The notes beneath the pieces were generated by a model. It ran no database searches and had not been told where the DNA came from. It saw nothing but the letters and a program-made list of their open reading frames with translations. From Schmidtea polychroa (taxonomy: Eukaryota), in the NCBI GenBank assembly GCA_044892525.1, contig CM097885.1, positions 39,558,001 to 39,622,000 of the forward strand: a stretch of DNA of 64,000 bases. The letters run 5' to 3'. The position numbers and the translations under genes are program-made. Positions 26,372 through 41,300 of the stretch are shown here, one piece after another (the first letter of the stretch is position 1; the number at the start of each line of letters is the position of its first letter).

Positions 26372-29300
26372 GTCATTCTTGTTAATTCTAATTTTTAGGC
26401 CGTTGCAAGAAACAAGAAAGAAAGATAGATAGATGATATATTATTTTCAAATTTTTGATCGAGGAATCAACTTCATCATCATCTATCCTTCGTGATAAAG
26501 TTTGAAAATTTCCAAGTTTTTTTTCAACTGTGTTTTAGGTTAATTAAATTGAAAATGTATTTTAAGGCCCTGTGGCCCAATGGATAAGGCGTCTGACTTC
26601 GAATCAGAAGATTGCAGGTTCGAGTCCTGCCAGGGTCGTATTATTTTTTGTCATTCTTGTTAATTCTAATTTTTAGGCCGTTGCAAGAAACAAGAAAGAA
26701 AGATAGATAGATGATATATTATTTTCAAATTTTTGATCGAGGAATCAACTTCATCATCATCTATCCTTCGTGATAAAGTTTGAAAATTTCCAAGTTTTTT
26801 TTCAACTGTGTTTTAGGTTAATTAAATTGAAAATGTATTTTAAGGCCCTGTGGCCCAATGGATAAGGCGTCTGACTTCGAATCAGAAGATTGCAGGTTCG
26901 AGTCCTGCCAGGGTCGTATTATTTTTTGTCATTCTTGGTAATTCTAATTTTTAGGCCGTTGCAAGAAACAAGAAAGAAAGATAGATAGATGATATATTAT
27001 TTTCAAATTTTTGATCGAGGAATCAACTTCATCATCATCTATCCTTCGTGATAAAGTTTGAAAATTTCCAAGTTTTTTTTCAACTGTGTTTTAGGTTAAT
27101 TAAATTGAAAATGTATTTTAAGGCCCTGTGGCCCAATGGATAAGGCGTCTGACTTCGAATCAGAAGATTGCAGGTTCAAGTCCTGCCAGGGTCGTATTAT
27201 TTTTTGTCATTCTTGTTAATTCTTATTTTTAGGCCGTTGCAAGAAACAAGAAAGAAAGATAGATAGATGATATATTATTTTCAAATTTTTGATCGAGGAA
27301 TCAACTTCATCATCATCTATCCTTCGTGATAAAGTTTGAAAATTTCCAAGTTTTTTTTCAACTGTGTTTTAGGTTAATTAAATTGAAAATGTATTTTAAG
27401 GCCCTGTGGCCCAATGGATAAGGCGTCTGACTTCGAATCAGAAGATTGCAGGTTCGAGTCCTGCCAGGGTCGTATTATTTTTTGTCATTCTTGTTAATTC
27501 TAATTTTTAGGCCGTTGCAAGAAACAAGAAAGAAAGATAGATAGATGATATATTATTTTCAAATTTTTGATCGAGGAATCAACTTCATCATCATCTATCC
27601 TTCGTGATAAAGTTTGAAAATTTCCAAGTTTTTTTTCAACTGTGTTTTAGGTTAATTAAATTGAAAATGTATTTTAAGGCCCTGTGGCCCAATGGATAAG
27701 GCGTCTGACTTCGAATCAGAAGATTGCAGGTTCGAGTCCTGCCAGGGTCGTATTATTTTTTGTCATTCTTGTTAATTCTAATTTTTAGGCCGTTGCAAGA
27801 AACAAGAAAGAAAGATAGATAGATGATATATTATTTTCAAATTTTTGATCGAGGAATCAACTTCATCATCATCTATCCTTCGTGATAAAGTTTGAAAATT
27901 TCCAAGTTTTTTTTCAACTGTGTTTTAGGTTAATTAAATTGAAAATGTATTTTAAGGCCCTGTGGCCCAATGGATAAGGCGTCTGACTTCGAATCAGAAG
28001 ATTGCAGGTTCGAGTCCTGCCAGGGTCGTATTATTTTTTGTCATTCTTGGTAATTCTAATTTTTAGGCCGTTGCAAGAAACAAGAAAGAAAGATAGATAG
28101 ATGATATATTATTTTCAAATTTTTGATCGAGGAATCAACTTCATCATCATCTATCCTTCGTGATAAAGTTTGAAAATTTCCAAGTTTTTTTTCAACTGTG
28201 TTTTAGGTTAATTAAATTGAAAATGTATTTTAAGGCCCTGTGGCCCAATGGATAAGGCGTCTGACTTCGAATCAGAAGATTGCAGGTTCAAGTCCTGCCA
28301 GGGTCGTATTATTTTTTGTCATTCTTGTTAATTCTTATTTTTAGGCCGTTGCAAGAAACAAGAAAGAAAGATAGATAGATGATATATTATTTTCAAATTT
28401 TTGATCGAGGAATCAACTTCATCATCATCTATCCTTCGTGATAAAGTTTGAAAATTTCCAAGTTTTTTTTCAACTGTGTTTTAGGTTAATTAAATTGAAA
28501 ATGTATTTTAAGGCCCTGTGGCCCAATGGATAAGGCGTCTGACTTCGAATCAGAAGATTGCAGGTTCGCGTCCTGCCAGGGTCGTATTATTTTTTGTCAT
28601 TCTTGTTAATTCTAATTTTTAGGCCGTTGCAAGAAACAAGAAAGAAAGATAGATAGATGATATATTATTTTCAAATTTTTGATCGAGGAATCAACTTCAT
28701 CATCATCTATCCTTCGTGATAAAGTTTGAAAATTTCCAAGTTTTTTTTCAACTGTGTTTTAGGTTAATTAAATTGAAAATGTATTTTAAGGCCCTGTGGC
28801 CCAATGGATAAGGCATCTGACTTCGAATCAGAAGATTGCAGGTTCGAGTCCTGCCAGGGTCGTATTATTTTTTGTCATTCTTGTTAATTCTAATTTTTAG
28901 GCCGTTGCAAGAAACAAGAAAGAAAGATAGATAGATGATATATTATTTTCAAATTTTTGATCGAGGAATCAACTTCATCATCATCTATCCTTCGTGATAA
29001 AGTTTGAAAATTTCCAAGTTTTTTTTCAACTGTGTTTTAGGTTAATTAAATTGAAAATGTATTTTAAGGCCCTGTGGCCCAATGGATAAGGCGTCTGACT
29101 TCGAATCAGAAGATTGCAGGTTCGAGTCCTGCCAGGGTCGTATTATTTTTTGTCATTCTTGTTAATTCTAATTTTTAGGCCGTTGCAAGAAACAAGAAAG
29201 AAAGATAGATAGATGATATATTATTTTCAAATTTTTGATCGAGGAATCAACTTCATCATCATCTATCCTTCGTGATAAAGTTTGAAAATTTCCAAGTTTT

Positions 29301-32300
29301 TTTTCAACTGTGTTTTAGGTTAATTAAATTGAAAATGTATTTTAAGGCCCTGTGGCCCAATGGATAAGGCGTCTGACTTCGAATCAGAAGATTGCAGGTT
29401 CGAGTCCTGCCAGGGTCGTATTATTTTTTGTCATTCTTGTTAATTCTAATTTTTAGGCCGTTGCAAGAAACAAGAAAGAAAGATAGATAGATGATATATT
29501 ATTTTCAAATTTTTGATCGAGGAATCAACTTCATCATCATCTATCCTTCGTGATAAAGTTTGAAAATTTCCAAGTTTTTTTTCAACTGTGTTTTAGGTTA
29601 ATTAAATTGAAAATGTATTTTAAGGCCCTGTGGCCCAATGGATAAGGCGTCTGACTTCGAATCAGAAGATTGCAGGTTCGAGTCCTGCCAGGGTCGTATT
29701 ATTTTTTGTCATTCTTGTTAATTCTAATTTTTAGGCCGTTGCAAGAAACAAGAAAGAAAGATAGATAGATGATATATTATTTTCAAATTTTTGATCGAGG
29801 AATCAACTTCATCATCATCTATCCTTGGTGATAAAGTTTGAAAATTTCCAAGTTTTTTTTCAACTGTGTTTTAGGTTAATTAAATTGAAAATGTATTTTA
29901 AGGCCCTGTGGCCCAATGGATAAGGCGTCTGACTTCGAATCAGAAGATTGCAGGTTCGAGTCCTGCCAGGGTCGTATTATTTTTTGTCATTCTTGGTAAT
30001 TCTAATTTTTAGGCCGTTGCAAGAAACAAGAAAGAAAGATAGATAGATGATATATTATTTTCAAATTTTTGATCGAGGAATCAACTTCATCATCATCTAT
30101 CCTTCGTGATAAAGTTTGAAAATTTCCAAGTTTTTTTTCAACTGTGTTTTAGGTTAATTAAATTGAAAATGTATTTTAAGGCCCTGTGGCCCAATGGATA
30201 AGGCGTCTGACTTCGAATCAGAAGATTGCAGGTTCAAGTCCTGCCAGGGTCGTATTATTTTTTGTCATTCTTGTTAATTCTTATTTTTAGGCCGTTGCAA
30301 GAAACAAGAAAGAAAGATAGATAGATGATATATTATTTTCAAATTTTTGATCGAGGAATCAACTTCATCATCATCTATCCTTCGTGATAAAGTTTGAAAA
30401 TTTCCAAGTTTTTTTTCAACTGTGTTTTAGGTTAATTAAATTGAAAATGTATTTTAAGGCCCTGTGGCCCAATGGATAAGGCGTCTGACTTCGAATCAGA
30501 AGATTGCAGGTTCGCGTCCTGCCAGGGTCGTATTATTTTTTGTCATTCTTGTTAATTCTAATTTTTAGGCCGTTGCAAGAAACAAGAAAGAAAGATAGAT
30601 AGATGATATATTATTTTCAAATTTTTGATCGAGGAATCAACTTCATCATCATCTATCCTTCGTGATAAAGTTTGAAAATTTCCAAGTTTTTTTTCAACTG
30701 TGTTTTAGGTTAATTAAATTGAAAATGTATTTTAAGGCCCTGTGGCCCAATGGATAAGGCGTCTGACTTCGAATCAGAAGATTGCAGGTTCGAGTCCTGC
30801 CAGGGTCGTATTATTTTTTGTCATTCTTGTTAATTCTAATTTTTAGGCCGTTGCAAGAAACAAGAAAGAAAGATAGATAGATGATATATTATTTTCAAAT
30901 TTTTGATCGAGGAATCAACTTCATCATCATCTATCCTTCGTGATAAAGTTTGAAAATTTCCAAGTTTTTTTTCAACTGTGTTTTAGGTTAATTAAATTGA
31001 AAATGTATTTTAAGGCCCTGTGGCCCAATGGATAAGGCGTCTGACTTCGAATCAGAAGATTGCAGGTTCGAGTCCTGCCAGGGTCGTATTATTTTTTGTC
31101 ATTCTTGTTAATTCTAATTTTTAGGCCGTTGCAAGAAACAAGAAAGAAAGATAGATAGATGATATATTATTTTCAAATTTTTGATCGAGGAATCAACTTC
31201 ATCATCATCTATCCTTCGTGATAAAGTTTGAAAATTTCCAAGTTTTTTTTCAACTGTGTTTTAGGTTAATTAAATTGAAAATGTATTTTAAGGCCCTGTG
31301 GCCCAATGGATAAGGCGTCTGACTTCGAATCAGAAGATTGCAGGTTCGAGTCCTGCCAGGGTCGTATTATTTTTTGTCATTCTTGTTAATTCTAATTTTT
31401 AGGCCGTTGCAAGAAACAAGAAAGAAAGATAGATAGATGATATATTATTTTCAAATTTTTGATCGAGGAATCAACTTCATCATCATCTATCCTTCCTGAT
31501 AAAGTTTGAAAATTTCCAAGTTTTTTTTCAACTGTGTTTTAGGTTAATTAAATTGAAAATGTATTTTAAGGCCCTGTGGCCCAATGGATAAGGCGTCTGA
31601 CTTCGAATCAGAAGATTGCAGGTTCGAGTCCTGCCAGGGTCGTATTATTTTTTGTCATTCTTGTTAATTCTAATTTTTAGGCCGTTGCAAGAAACAAGAA
31701 AGAAAGATAGATAGATGATATATTATTTTCAAATTTTTGATCGAGGAATCAACTTCATCATCATCTATCCTTCGTGATAAAGTTTGAAAATTTCCATGTT
31801 TTTTTTCAACTGTGTTTTAGGTTAATTAAATTGAAAATGTATTTTAAGGCCCTGTGGCCCAATGGATAAGGCGTCTGACTTCGAATCAGAAGATTGCAGG
31901 TTCGAGTCCTGCCAGGGTCGTATTATTTTTTGTCATTCTTTTTAATTCTAATTTTTAGGCCGTTGCAAGAAACAAGAAAGAAAGATAGATAGATGATATA
32001 TTATTTTCAAATTTTTGATCGAGGAATCAACTTCATCATCATCTATCCTTCGTGATAAAGTTTGAAAATTTCCAAGTTTTTTTTCAACTGTGTTTTAGGT
32101 TAATTAAATTGAAAATGTATTTTAAGGCCCTGTGGCCCAATGGATAAGGCGTCTGACTTCGAATCAGAAGATTGCAGGTTCGAGTCCTGCCAGGGTCGTA
32201 TTATTTTTTGTCATTCTTGTTAATTCTAATTTTTAGGCCGTTGCAAGAAACAAGAAAGAAAGATAGATAGATGATATATTATTTTCAAATTTTTGATCGA

Positions 32301-35300
32301 GGAATCAACTTCATCATCATCTATCCTTCGTGATAAAGTTTGAAAATTTCCAAGTTTTTTTTCAACTGTGTTTTAGGTTAATTAAATTGAAAATGTATTT
32401 TAAGGCCCTGTGGCCCAATGGATAAGGCGTCTGACTTCGAATCAGAAGATTGCAGGTTCGAGTCCTGCCAGGGTCGTATTATTTTTTGTCATTCTTGTTA
32501 ATTCTAATTTTTAGGCCGTTGCAAGAAACAAGAAAGAAAGATAGATAGATGATATATTATTTTCAAATTTTTGATCGAGGAATCAACTTCATCATCATCT
32601 ATCCTTCGTGATAAAGTTTGAAAATTTCCAAGTTTTTTTTCAACTGTGTTTTAGGTTAATTAAATTGAAAATGTATTTTAAGGCCCTGTGGCCCAATGGA
32701 TAAGGCGTCTGACTTCGAATCAGAAGATTGCAGGTTCGAGTCCTGCCAGGGTCGTATTATTTTTTGTCATTCTTGTTAATTCTAATTTTTAGGCCGTTGC
32801 AAGAAACAAGAAAGAAAGATAGATAGATGATATATTATTTTCAAATTTTTGATCGAGGAATCAACTTCATCATCATCTATCCTTCGTGATAAAGTTTGAA
32901 AATTTCCAAGTTTTTTTTCAACTGTGTTTTAGGTTAATTAAATTGAAAATGTATTTTAAGGCCCTGTGGCCCAATGGATAAGGCGTCTGACTTCGAATCA
33001 GAAGATTGCAGGTTCGAGTCCTGCCAGGGTCGTATTATTTTTTGTCATTCTTGTTAATTCTAATTTTTAGGCCGTTGCAAGAAACAAGAAAGAAAGATAG
33101 ATAGATGATATATTATTTTCAAATTTTTGATCGAGGAATCAACTTCATCATCATCTATCCTTCGTGATAAAGTTTGAAAATTTCCAAGTTTTTTTTCAAC
33201 TGTGTTTTAGGTTAATTAAATTGAAAATGTATTCTAAGGCCCTGTGGCCCAATGGATAAGGCGTCTGACTTCGAATCAGAAGATTGCAGGTTCGAGTCCT
33301 GCCAGGGTCGTATTATTTTTTGTCATTCTTGTTAATTCTAATTTTTAGGCCGTTGCAAGAAACAAGAAAGAAAGATAGATAGATGATATATTATTTTCAA
33401 ATTTTTGATCGAGGAATCAACTTCATCATCATCTATCCTTCGTGATAAAGTTTGAAAATTTCCATGTTTTTTTTCAACTGTGTTTTAGGTTAATTAAATT
33501 GAAAATGTATTTTAAGGCCCTGTGGCCCAATGGATAAGGCGTCTGACTTCGAATCAGAAGATTGCAGGTTCGAGTCCTGCCAGGGTCGTATTATTTTTTG
33601 TCATTCTTTTTAATTCTAATTTTTAGGCCGTTGCAAGAAACAAGAAAGAAAGATAGATAGATGATATATTATTTTCAAATTTTTGATCGAGGAATCAACT
33701 TCATCATCATCTATCCTTCGTGATAAAGTTTGAAAATTTCCAAGTTTTTTTTCAACTGTGTTTTAGGTTAATTAAATTGAAAATGTATTTTAAGGCCCTG
33801 TGGCCCAATGGATAAGGCGTCTGACTTCGAATCAGAAGATTGCAGGTTCGAGTCCTGCCAGGGTCGTATTATTTTTTGTCATTCTTGTTAATTCTAATTT
33901 TTAGGCCGTTGCAAGAAACAAGAAAGAAAGATAGATAGATGATATATTATTTTCAAATTTTTGATCGAGGAATCAACTTCATCATCATCTATCCTTCGTG
34001 ATAAAGTTTGAAAATTTCCAAGTTTTTTTTCAACTGTGTTTTAGGTTAATTAAATTGAAAATGTATTTTAAGGCCCTGTGGCCCAATGGATAAGGCGTCT
34101 GACTTCGAATCAGAAGATTGCAGGTTCGAGTCCTGCCAGGGTCGTATTATTTTTTGTCATTCTTCTTAATTCTAATTTTTAGGCCGTTGCAAGAAACAAG
34201 AAAGAAAGATAGATAGATGATATATTATTTTCAAATTTTTGATCGAGGAATCAACTTCATCATCATCTATCCTTCGTGATAAAGTTTGAAAATTTCCAAG
34301 TTTTTTTTCAACTGTGTTTTAGGTTAATTAAATTGAAAATGTATTTTAAGGCCCTGTGGCCCAATGGATAAGGCGTCTGACTTCGAATCAGAAGATTGCA
34401 GGTTCGAGTCCTGCCAGGGTCGTATTATTTTTTGTCATTCTTGTTAATTCTAATTTTTAGGCCGTTGCAAGAAACAAGAAAGAAAGATAGATAGATGATA
34501 TATTATTTTCAAATTTTTGATCGAGGAATCAACTTCATCATCATCTATCCTTCGTGATAAAGTTTGAAAATTTCCAAGTTTTTTTTCAACTGTGTTTTAG
34601 GTTAATTAAATTGAAAATGTATTTTAAGGCCCTGTGGCCCAATGGATAAGGCGTCTGACTTCGAATCAGAAGATTGCAGGTTCGAGTCCTGCCAGGGTCG
34701 TATTATTTTTTGTCATTCTTGTTAATTCTAATTTTTAGGCCGTTGCAAGAAACAAGAAAGAAAGATAGATAGATGATATATTATTTTCAAATTTTTGATC
34801 GAGGAATCAACTTCATCATCATCTATCCTTCGTGATAAAGTTTGAAAATTTCCAAGTTTTTTTTCAACTGTGTTTTAGGTTAATTAAATTGAAAATGTAT
34901 TTTAAGGCCCTGTGGCCCAATGGATAAGGCGTCTGACTTCGAATCAGAAGATTGCAGGTTCGAGTCCTGCCAGGGTCGTATTATTTTTTGTCATTCTTGT
35001 TAATTCTAATTTTTAGGCCGTTGCAAGAAACAAGAAAGAAAGATAGATAGATGATATATTATTTTCAAATTTTTGATCGAGGAATCAACTTCATCATCAT
35101 CTATCCTTCGTGATAAAGTTTGAAAATTTCCAAGTTTTTTTTCAACTGTGTTTTAGGTTAATTAAATTGAAAATGTATTTTAAGGCCCTGTGGCCCAATG
35201 GATAAGGCGTCTGACTTCGAATCAGAAGATTGCAGGTTCGAGTCCTGCCAGGGTCGTATTATTTTTTGTCATTCTTGTTAATTCTAATTTTTAGGCCGTT

Positions 35301-38300
35301 GCAAGAAACAAGAAAGAAAGATAGATAGATGATATATTATTTTCAAATTTTTGATCGAGGAATCAACTTCATCATCATCTATCCTTCGTGATAAAGTTTG
35401 AAAATTTCCAAGTTTTTTTTCAACTGTGTTTTAGGTTAATTAAATTGAAAATGTATTTTAAGGCCCTGTGGCCCAATGGATAAGGCGTCTGACTTCGAAT
35501 CAGAAGATTGCAGGTTCGAGTCCTGCCAGGGTCGTATTATTTTTTGTCATTCTTGTTAATTCTAATTTTTAGGCCGTTGCAAGAAACAAGAAAGAAAGAT
35601 AGATAGATGATATATTATTTTCAAATTTTTGATCGAGGAATCAACTTCATCATCATCTATCCTTCGTGATAAAGTTTGAAAATTTCCAAGTTTTTTTTCA
35701 ACTGTGTTTTAGGTTAATTAAATTGAAAATGTATTTTAAGGCCCTGTGGCCCAATGGATAAGGCGTCTGACTTCGAATCAGAAGATTGCAGGTTCGAGTC
35801 CTGCCAGGGTCGTATTATTTTTTGTCATTCTTGTTAATTCTAATTTTTAGGCCGTTGCAAGAAACAAGAAAGAAAGATAGATAGATGATATATTATTTTC
35901 AAATTTTTGATCGAGGAATCAACTTCATCATCATCTATCCTTCGTGATAAAGTTTGAAAATTTCCAAGTTTTTTTTCAACTGTGTTTTAGGTTAATTAAA
36001 TTGAAAATGTATTTTAAGGCCCTGTGGCCCAATGGATAAGGCGTCTGACTTCGAATCAGAAGATTGCAGGTTCGAGTCCTGCCAGGGTCGTATTATTTTT
36101 TGTCATTCTTGTTAATTCTAATTTTTAGGCCGTTGCAAGAAACAAGAAAGAAAGATAGATAGATGATATATTATTTTCAAATTTTTGATCGAGGAATCAA
36201 CTTCATCATCATCTATCCTTCGTGATAAAGTTTGAAAATTTCCAAGTTTTTTTTCAACTGTGTTTTAGGTTAATTAAATTGAAAATGTATTTTAAGGCCC
36301 TGTGGCCCAATGGATAAGGCGTCTGACTTCGAATCAGAAGATTGCAGGTTCGAGTCCTGCCAGGGTCGTATTATTTTTTGTCATTCTTTTTAATTCTAAT
36401 TTTTAGGCCGTTTCAAGAAACAAGAAAGAAAGATAGATAGATGATATATTATTTTCAAATTTTTGATCAAGGAATCAACTTCATCATCATCTATCCTTCG
36501 TGATAAAGTTTGAAAATTTCCAAGTTTTTTTTCAACTGTGTTTTAGGTTAATTAAATTGAAAATGTATTTTAAGGCCCTGTGGCCCAATGGATAAGGCGT
36601 CTGACTTCGAATCAGAAGATTGCAGGTTCGAGTCCTGCCAGGGTCGTATTATTTTTTGTCATTCTTGTTAATTCTAATTTTTAGGCCGTTGCAAGAAACA
36701 AGAAAGAAAGATAGATAGATGATATATTATTTTCAAATTTTTGATCGAGGAATCAACTTCATCATCATCTATCCTTCGTGATAAAGTTTGAAAATTTCCA
36801 AGTTTTTTTTCAACTGTGTTTTAGGTTAATTAAATTGAAAATGTATTTTAAGGCCCTGTGGCCCAATGGATAAGGCGTCTGACTTCGAATCAGAAGATTG
36901 CAGTTTCAAGTCCTGCCAGGGTCGTATTATTTTTTGTCATTCTTGTTAATTCTTATTTTTAGGCCGTTGCAAGAAACAAGAAAGAAAGATAGATAGATGA
37001 TATATTATTTTCAAATTTTTGATCGAGGAATCAACTTCATCATCATCTATCCTTCGTGATAAAGTTTGAAAATTTCCAAGTTTTTTTTCAACTGTGTTTT
37101 AGGTTAATTAAATTGAAAATGTATTTTAAGGCCCTGTGGCCCAATGGATAAGGCGTCTGACTTCGAATCAGAAGATTGCAGGTTCGCGTCCTGCCAGGGT
37201 CGTATTATTTTTTGTCATTCTTGTTAATTCTAATTTTTAGGCCGTTGCAAGAAACAAGAAAGAAAGATAGATAGATGATATATTATTTTCAAATTTTTGA
37301 TCGAGGAATCAACTTCATCATCATCTATCCTTCGTGATAAAGTTTGAAAATTTCCAAGTTTTTTTTCAACTGTGTTTTAGGTTAATTAAATTGAAAATGT
37401 ATTTTAAGGCCCTGTGGCCCAATGGATAAGGCGTCTGACTTCGAATCAGAAGATTGCAGGTTCGAGTTTTGCCAGGGTCGTATTATTTTTTGTCATTCTT
37501 GTTAATTCTAATTTTTAGGCCGTTGCAAGAAACAAGAAAGAAAGATAGATAGATGATATATTATTTTCAAATTTTTGATCGAGGAATCAACTTCATCATC
37601 ATCTATCCTTCGTGATAAAGTTTGAAAATTTCCAAGTTTTTTTTCAACTGTGTTTTAGGTTAATTAAATTGAAAATGTATTTTAAGGCCCTGTGGCCCAA
37701 TGGATAAGGCGTCTGACTTCGAATCAGAAGATTGCAGGTTCGAGTCCTGCCAGGGTCGTATTATTTTTTGTCATTCTTGTTAATTCTAATTTTTAGGCCG
37801 TTGCAAGAAACAAGAAAGAAAGATAGATAGATGATATATTATTTTCAAATTTTTGATCGAGGAATCAACTTCATCATCATCTATCCTTCGTGATAAAGTT
37901 TGAAAATTTCCAAGTTTTTTTTCAACTGTGTTTTAGGTTAATTAAATTGAAAATGTATTCTAAGGCCCTGTGGCCCAATGGATAAGGCGTCTGACTTCGA
38001 ATCAGAAGATTGCAGGTTCGAGTTTTGCCAGGGTCGTATTATTTTTTGTCATTCTTGTTAATTCTAATTTTTAGGCCGTTGCAAGAAACAAGAAAGAAAG
38101 ATAGATAGATGATATATTATTTTCAAATTTTTGATCGAGGAATCAACTTCATCATCATCTATCCTTCGTGATAAAGTTTGAAAATTTCCAAGTTTTTTTT
38201 CAACTGTGTTTTAGGTTAATTAAATTGAAAATGTATTTTAAGGCCCTGTGGCCCAATGGATAAGGCGTCTGACTTCGAATCAGAAGATTGCAGGTTCGCG

Positions 38301-41300
38301 TCCTGCCAGGGTCGTATTATTTTTTGTCATTCTTGTTAATTCTAATTTTTAGGCCGTTGCAAGAAACAAGAAAGAAAGATAGATAGATGATATATTATTT
38401 TCAAATTTTTGATCGAGGAATCAACTTCATCATCATCTATCCTTCGTGATAAAGTTTGAAAATTTCCAAGTTTTTTTTCAACTGTGTTTTAGGTTAATTA
38501 AATTGAAAATGTATTTTAAGGCCCTGTGGCCCAATGGATAAGGCGTCTGACTTCGAATCAGAAGATAGCAGGTTCGAGTTTTGCCAGGGTCGTATTATTT
38601 TTTGTCATTCTTGTTAATTCTAATTTTTAGGCCGTTGCAAGAAACAAGAAAGAAAGATAGATAGATGATATATTATTTTCAAATTTTTGATCGAGGAATC
38701 AACTTCATCATCATCTATCCTTCGTGATAAAGTTTGAAAATTTCCAAGTTTTTTTTCAACTGTGTTTTAGGTTAATTAAATTGAAAATGTATTTTAAGGC
38801 CCTGTGGCCCAATGGATAAGGCGTCTGACTTCGAATCAGAAGATTGCAGGTTCGAGTTTTGCCAGGGTCGTTTTATTTTTTGTCATTCTTGTTAATTCTA
38901 ATTTTTAGGCCGTTGCAAGAAACAAGAAAGAAAGATAGATAGATGATATATTATTTTCAAATTTTTGATCGAGGAATCAACTTCATCATCATCTATCCTT
39001 CGTGATAAAGTTTGAAAATTTCCAAGTTTTTTTTCAACTGTGTTTTAGGTTAATTAAATTGAAAATGTATTTTAAGGCCCTGTGGCCCAATGGATAAGGC
39101 GTCTGACTTCGAATCAGAAGATTGCAGGTTCGAGTCCTGCCAGGGTCGTATTATTTTTTGTCATTCTTGTTAATTCTAATTTTTAGGCCGTTGCAAGAAA
39201 CAAGAAAGAAAGATAGATAGATGATATATTATTTTCAAATTTTTGATCGAGGAATCAACTTCATCATCATCTATCCTTCGTGATAAAGTTTGAAAATTTC
39301 CAAGTTTTTTTTCAACTGTGTTTTAGGATAATTAAATTGAAAATGTATTTTAAGGCCCTGTGGCCCAATGGATAAGGCGTCTGACTTCGAATCAGAAGAT
39401 TGCAGGTTCGAGTCCTGCCAGGGTCGTATTATTTTTTGTCATTCTTGTTAATTCTAATTTTTAGGCCGTTGCAAGAAACAAGAAAGAAAGATAGATAGAT
39501 GATATATTATTTTCAAATTTTTGATCGAGGAATCAACTTCATCATCATCTATCCTTCGTGATAAAGTTTGAAAATTTCCAAGTTTTTTTTCAACTGTGTT
39601 TTAGGTTAATTAAATTGAAAATGTATTTTAAGGCCCTGTGGCCCAATGGATAAGGCGTCTGACTTCGAATCAGAAGATTGCAGGTTCAAGTCCTGCCAGG
39701 GTCGTATTATTTTTTGTCATTCTTGTTAATTCTTATTTTTAGGCCGTTGCAAGAAACAAGAAAGAAAGATAGATAGATGATATATTATTTTCAAATTTTT
39801 GATCGAGGAATCAACTTCATCATCATCTATCCTTCGTGATAAAGTTTGAAAATTTCCAAGTTTTTTTTCAACTGTGTTTTAGGTTAATTAAATTGAAAAT
39901 GTATTTTAAGGCCCTGTGGCCCAATGGATAAGGCGTCTGACTTCGAATCAGAAGATTGCAGGTTCGCGTCCTGCCAGGGTCGTATTATTTTTTGTCATTC
40001 TTGTTAATTCTAATTTTTAGGCCGTTGCAAGAAACAAGAAAGAAAGATAGATAGATGATATATTATTTTCAAATTTTTGATCGAGGAATCAACTTCATCA
40101 TCATCTATCCTTCGTGATAAAGTTTGAAAATTTCCAAGTTTTTTTTCAACTGTGTTTTAGGTTAATTAAATTGAAAATGTATTTTAAGGCCCTGTGGCCC
40201 AATGGATAAGGCGTCTGACTTCGAATCAGAAGATTGCAGGTTCGAGTCCTGCCAGGGTCGTATTATTTTTTGTCATTCTTGTTAATTCTAATTTTTAGGC
40301 CGTTGCAAGAAACAAGAAAGAAAGATAGATAGATGATATATTATTTTCAAATTTTTGATCGAGGAATCAACTTCATCATCATCTATCCTTCGTGATAAAG
40401 TTTGAAAATTTCCAAGTTTTTTTTCAACTGTGTTTTAGGTTAATTAAATTGAAAATGTATTTTAAGGCCCTGTGGCCCAATGGATAAGGCGTCTGACTTC
40501 GAATCAGAAGATTGCAGGTTCGAGTCCTGCCAGGGTCGTATTATTTTTTGTCATTCTTGTTAATTCTAATTTTTAGGCCGTTGCAAGAAACAAGAAAGAA
40601 AGATAGATAGATGATATATTATTTTCAAATTTTTGATCGAGGAATCAACTTCATCATCATCTATCCTTCGTGATAAAGTTTGAAAATTTCCAAGTTTTTT
40701 TTCAACTGTGTTTTAGGTTAATTAAATTGAAAATGTATTTTAAGGCCCTGTGGCCCAATGGATAAGGCGTCTGACTTCGAATCAGAAGATTGCAGGTTCG
40801 AGTCCTGCCAGGGTCGTATTATTTTTTGTCATTCTTGTTAATTCTAATTTTTAGGCCGTTGCAAGAAACAAGAAAGAAAGATAGATAGATGATATATTAT
40901 TTTCAAATTTTTGATCGAGGAATCAACTTCATCATCATCTATCCTTCGTGATAAAGTTTGAAAATTTCCAAGTTTTTTTTCAACTGTGTTTTAGGTTAAT
41001 TAAATTGAAAATGTATTTTAAGGCCCTGTGGCCCAATGGATAAGGCGTCTGACTTCGAATCAGAAGATTGCAGGTTCGAGTCCTGCCAGGGTCGTATTAT
41101 TTTTTGTCATTCTTGTTAATTCTAATTTTTAGGCCGTTGCAAGAAACAAGAAAGAAAGATAGATAGATGATATATTATTTTCAAATTTTTGATCGAGGAA
41201 TCAACTTCATCATCATCTATCCTTCGTGATAAAGTTTGAAAATTTCCATGTTTTTTTTCAACTGTGTTTTAGGTTAATTAAATTGAAAATGTATTTTAAG

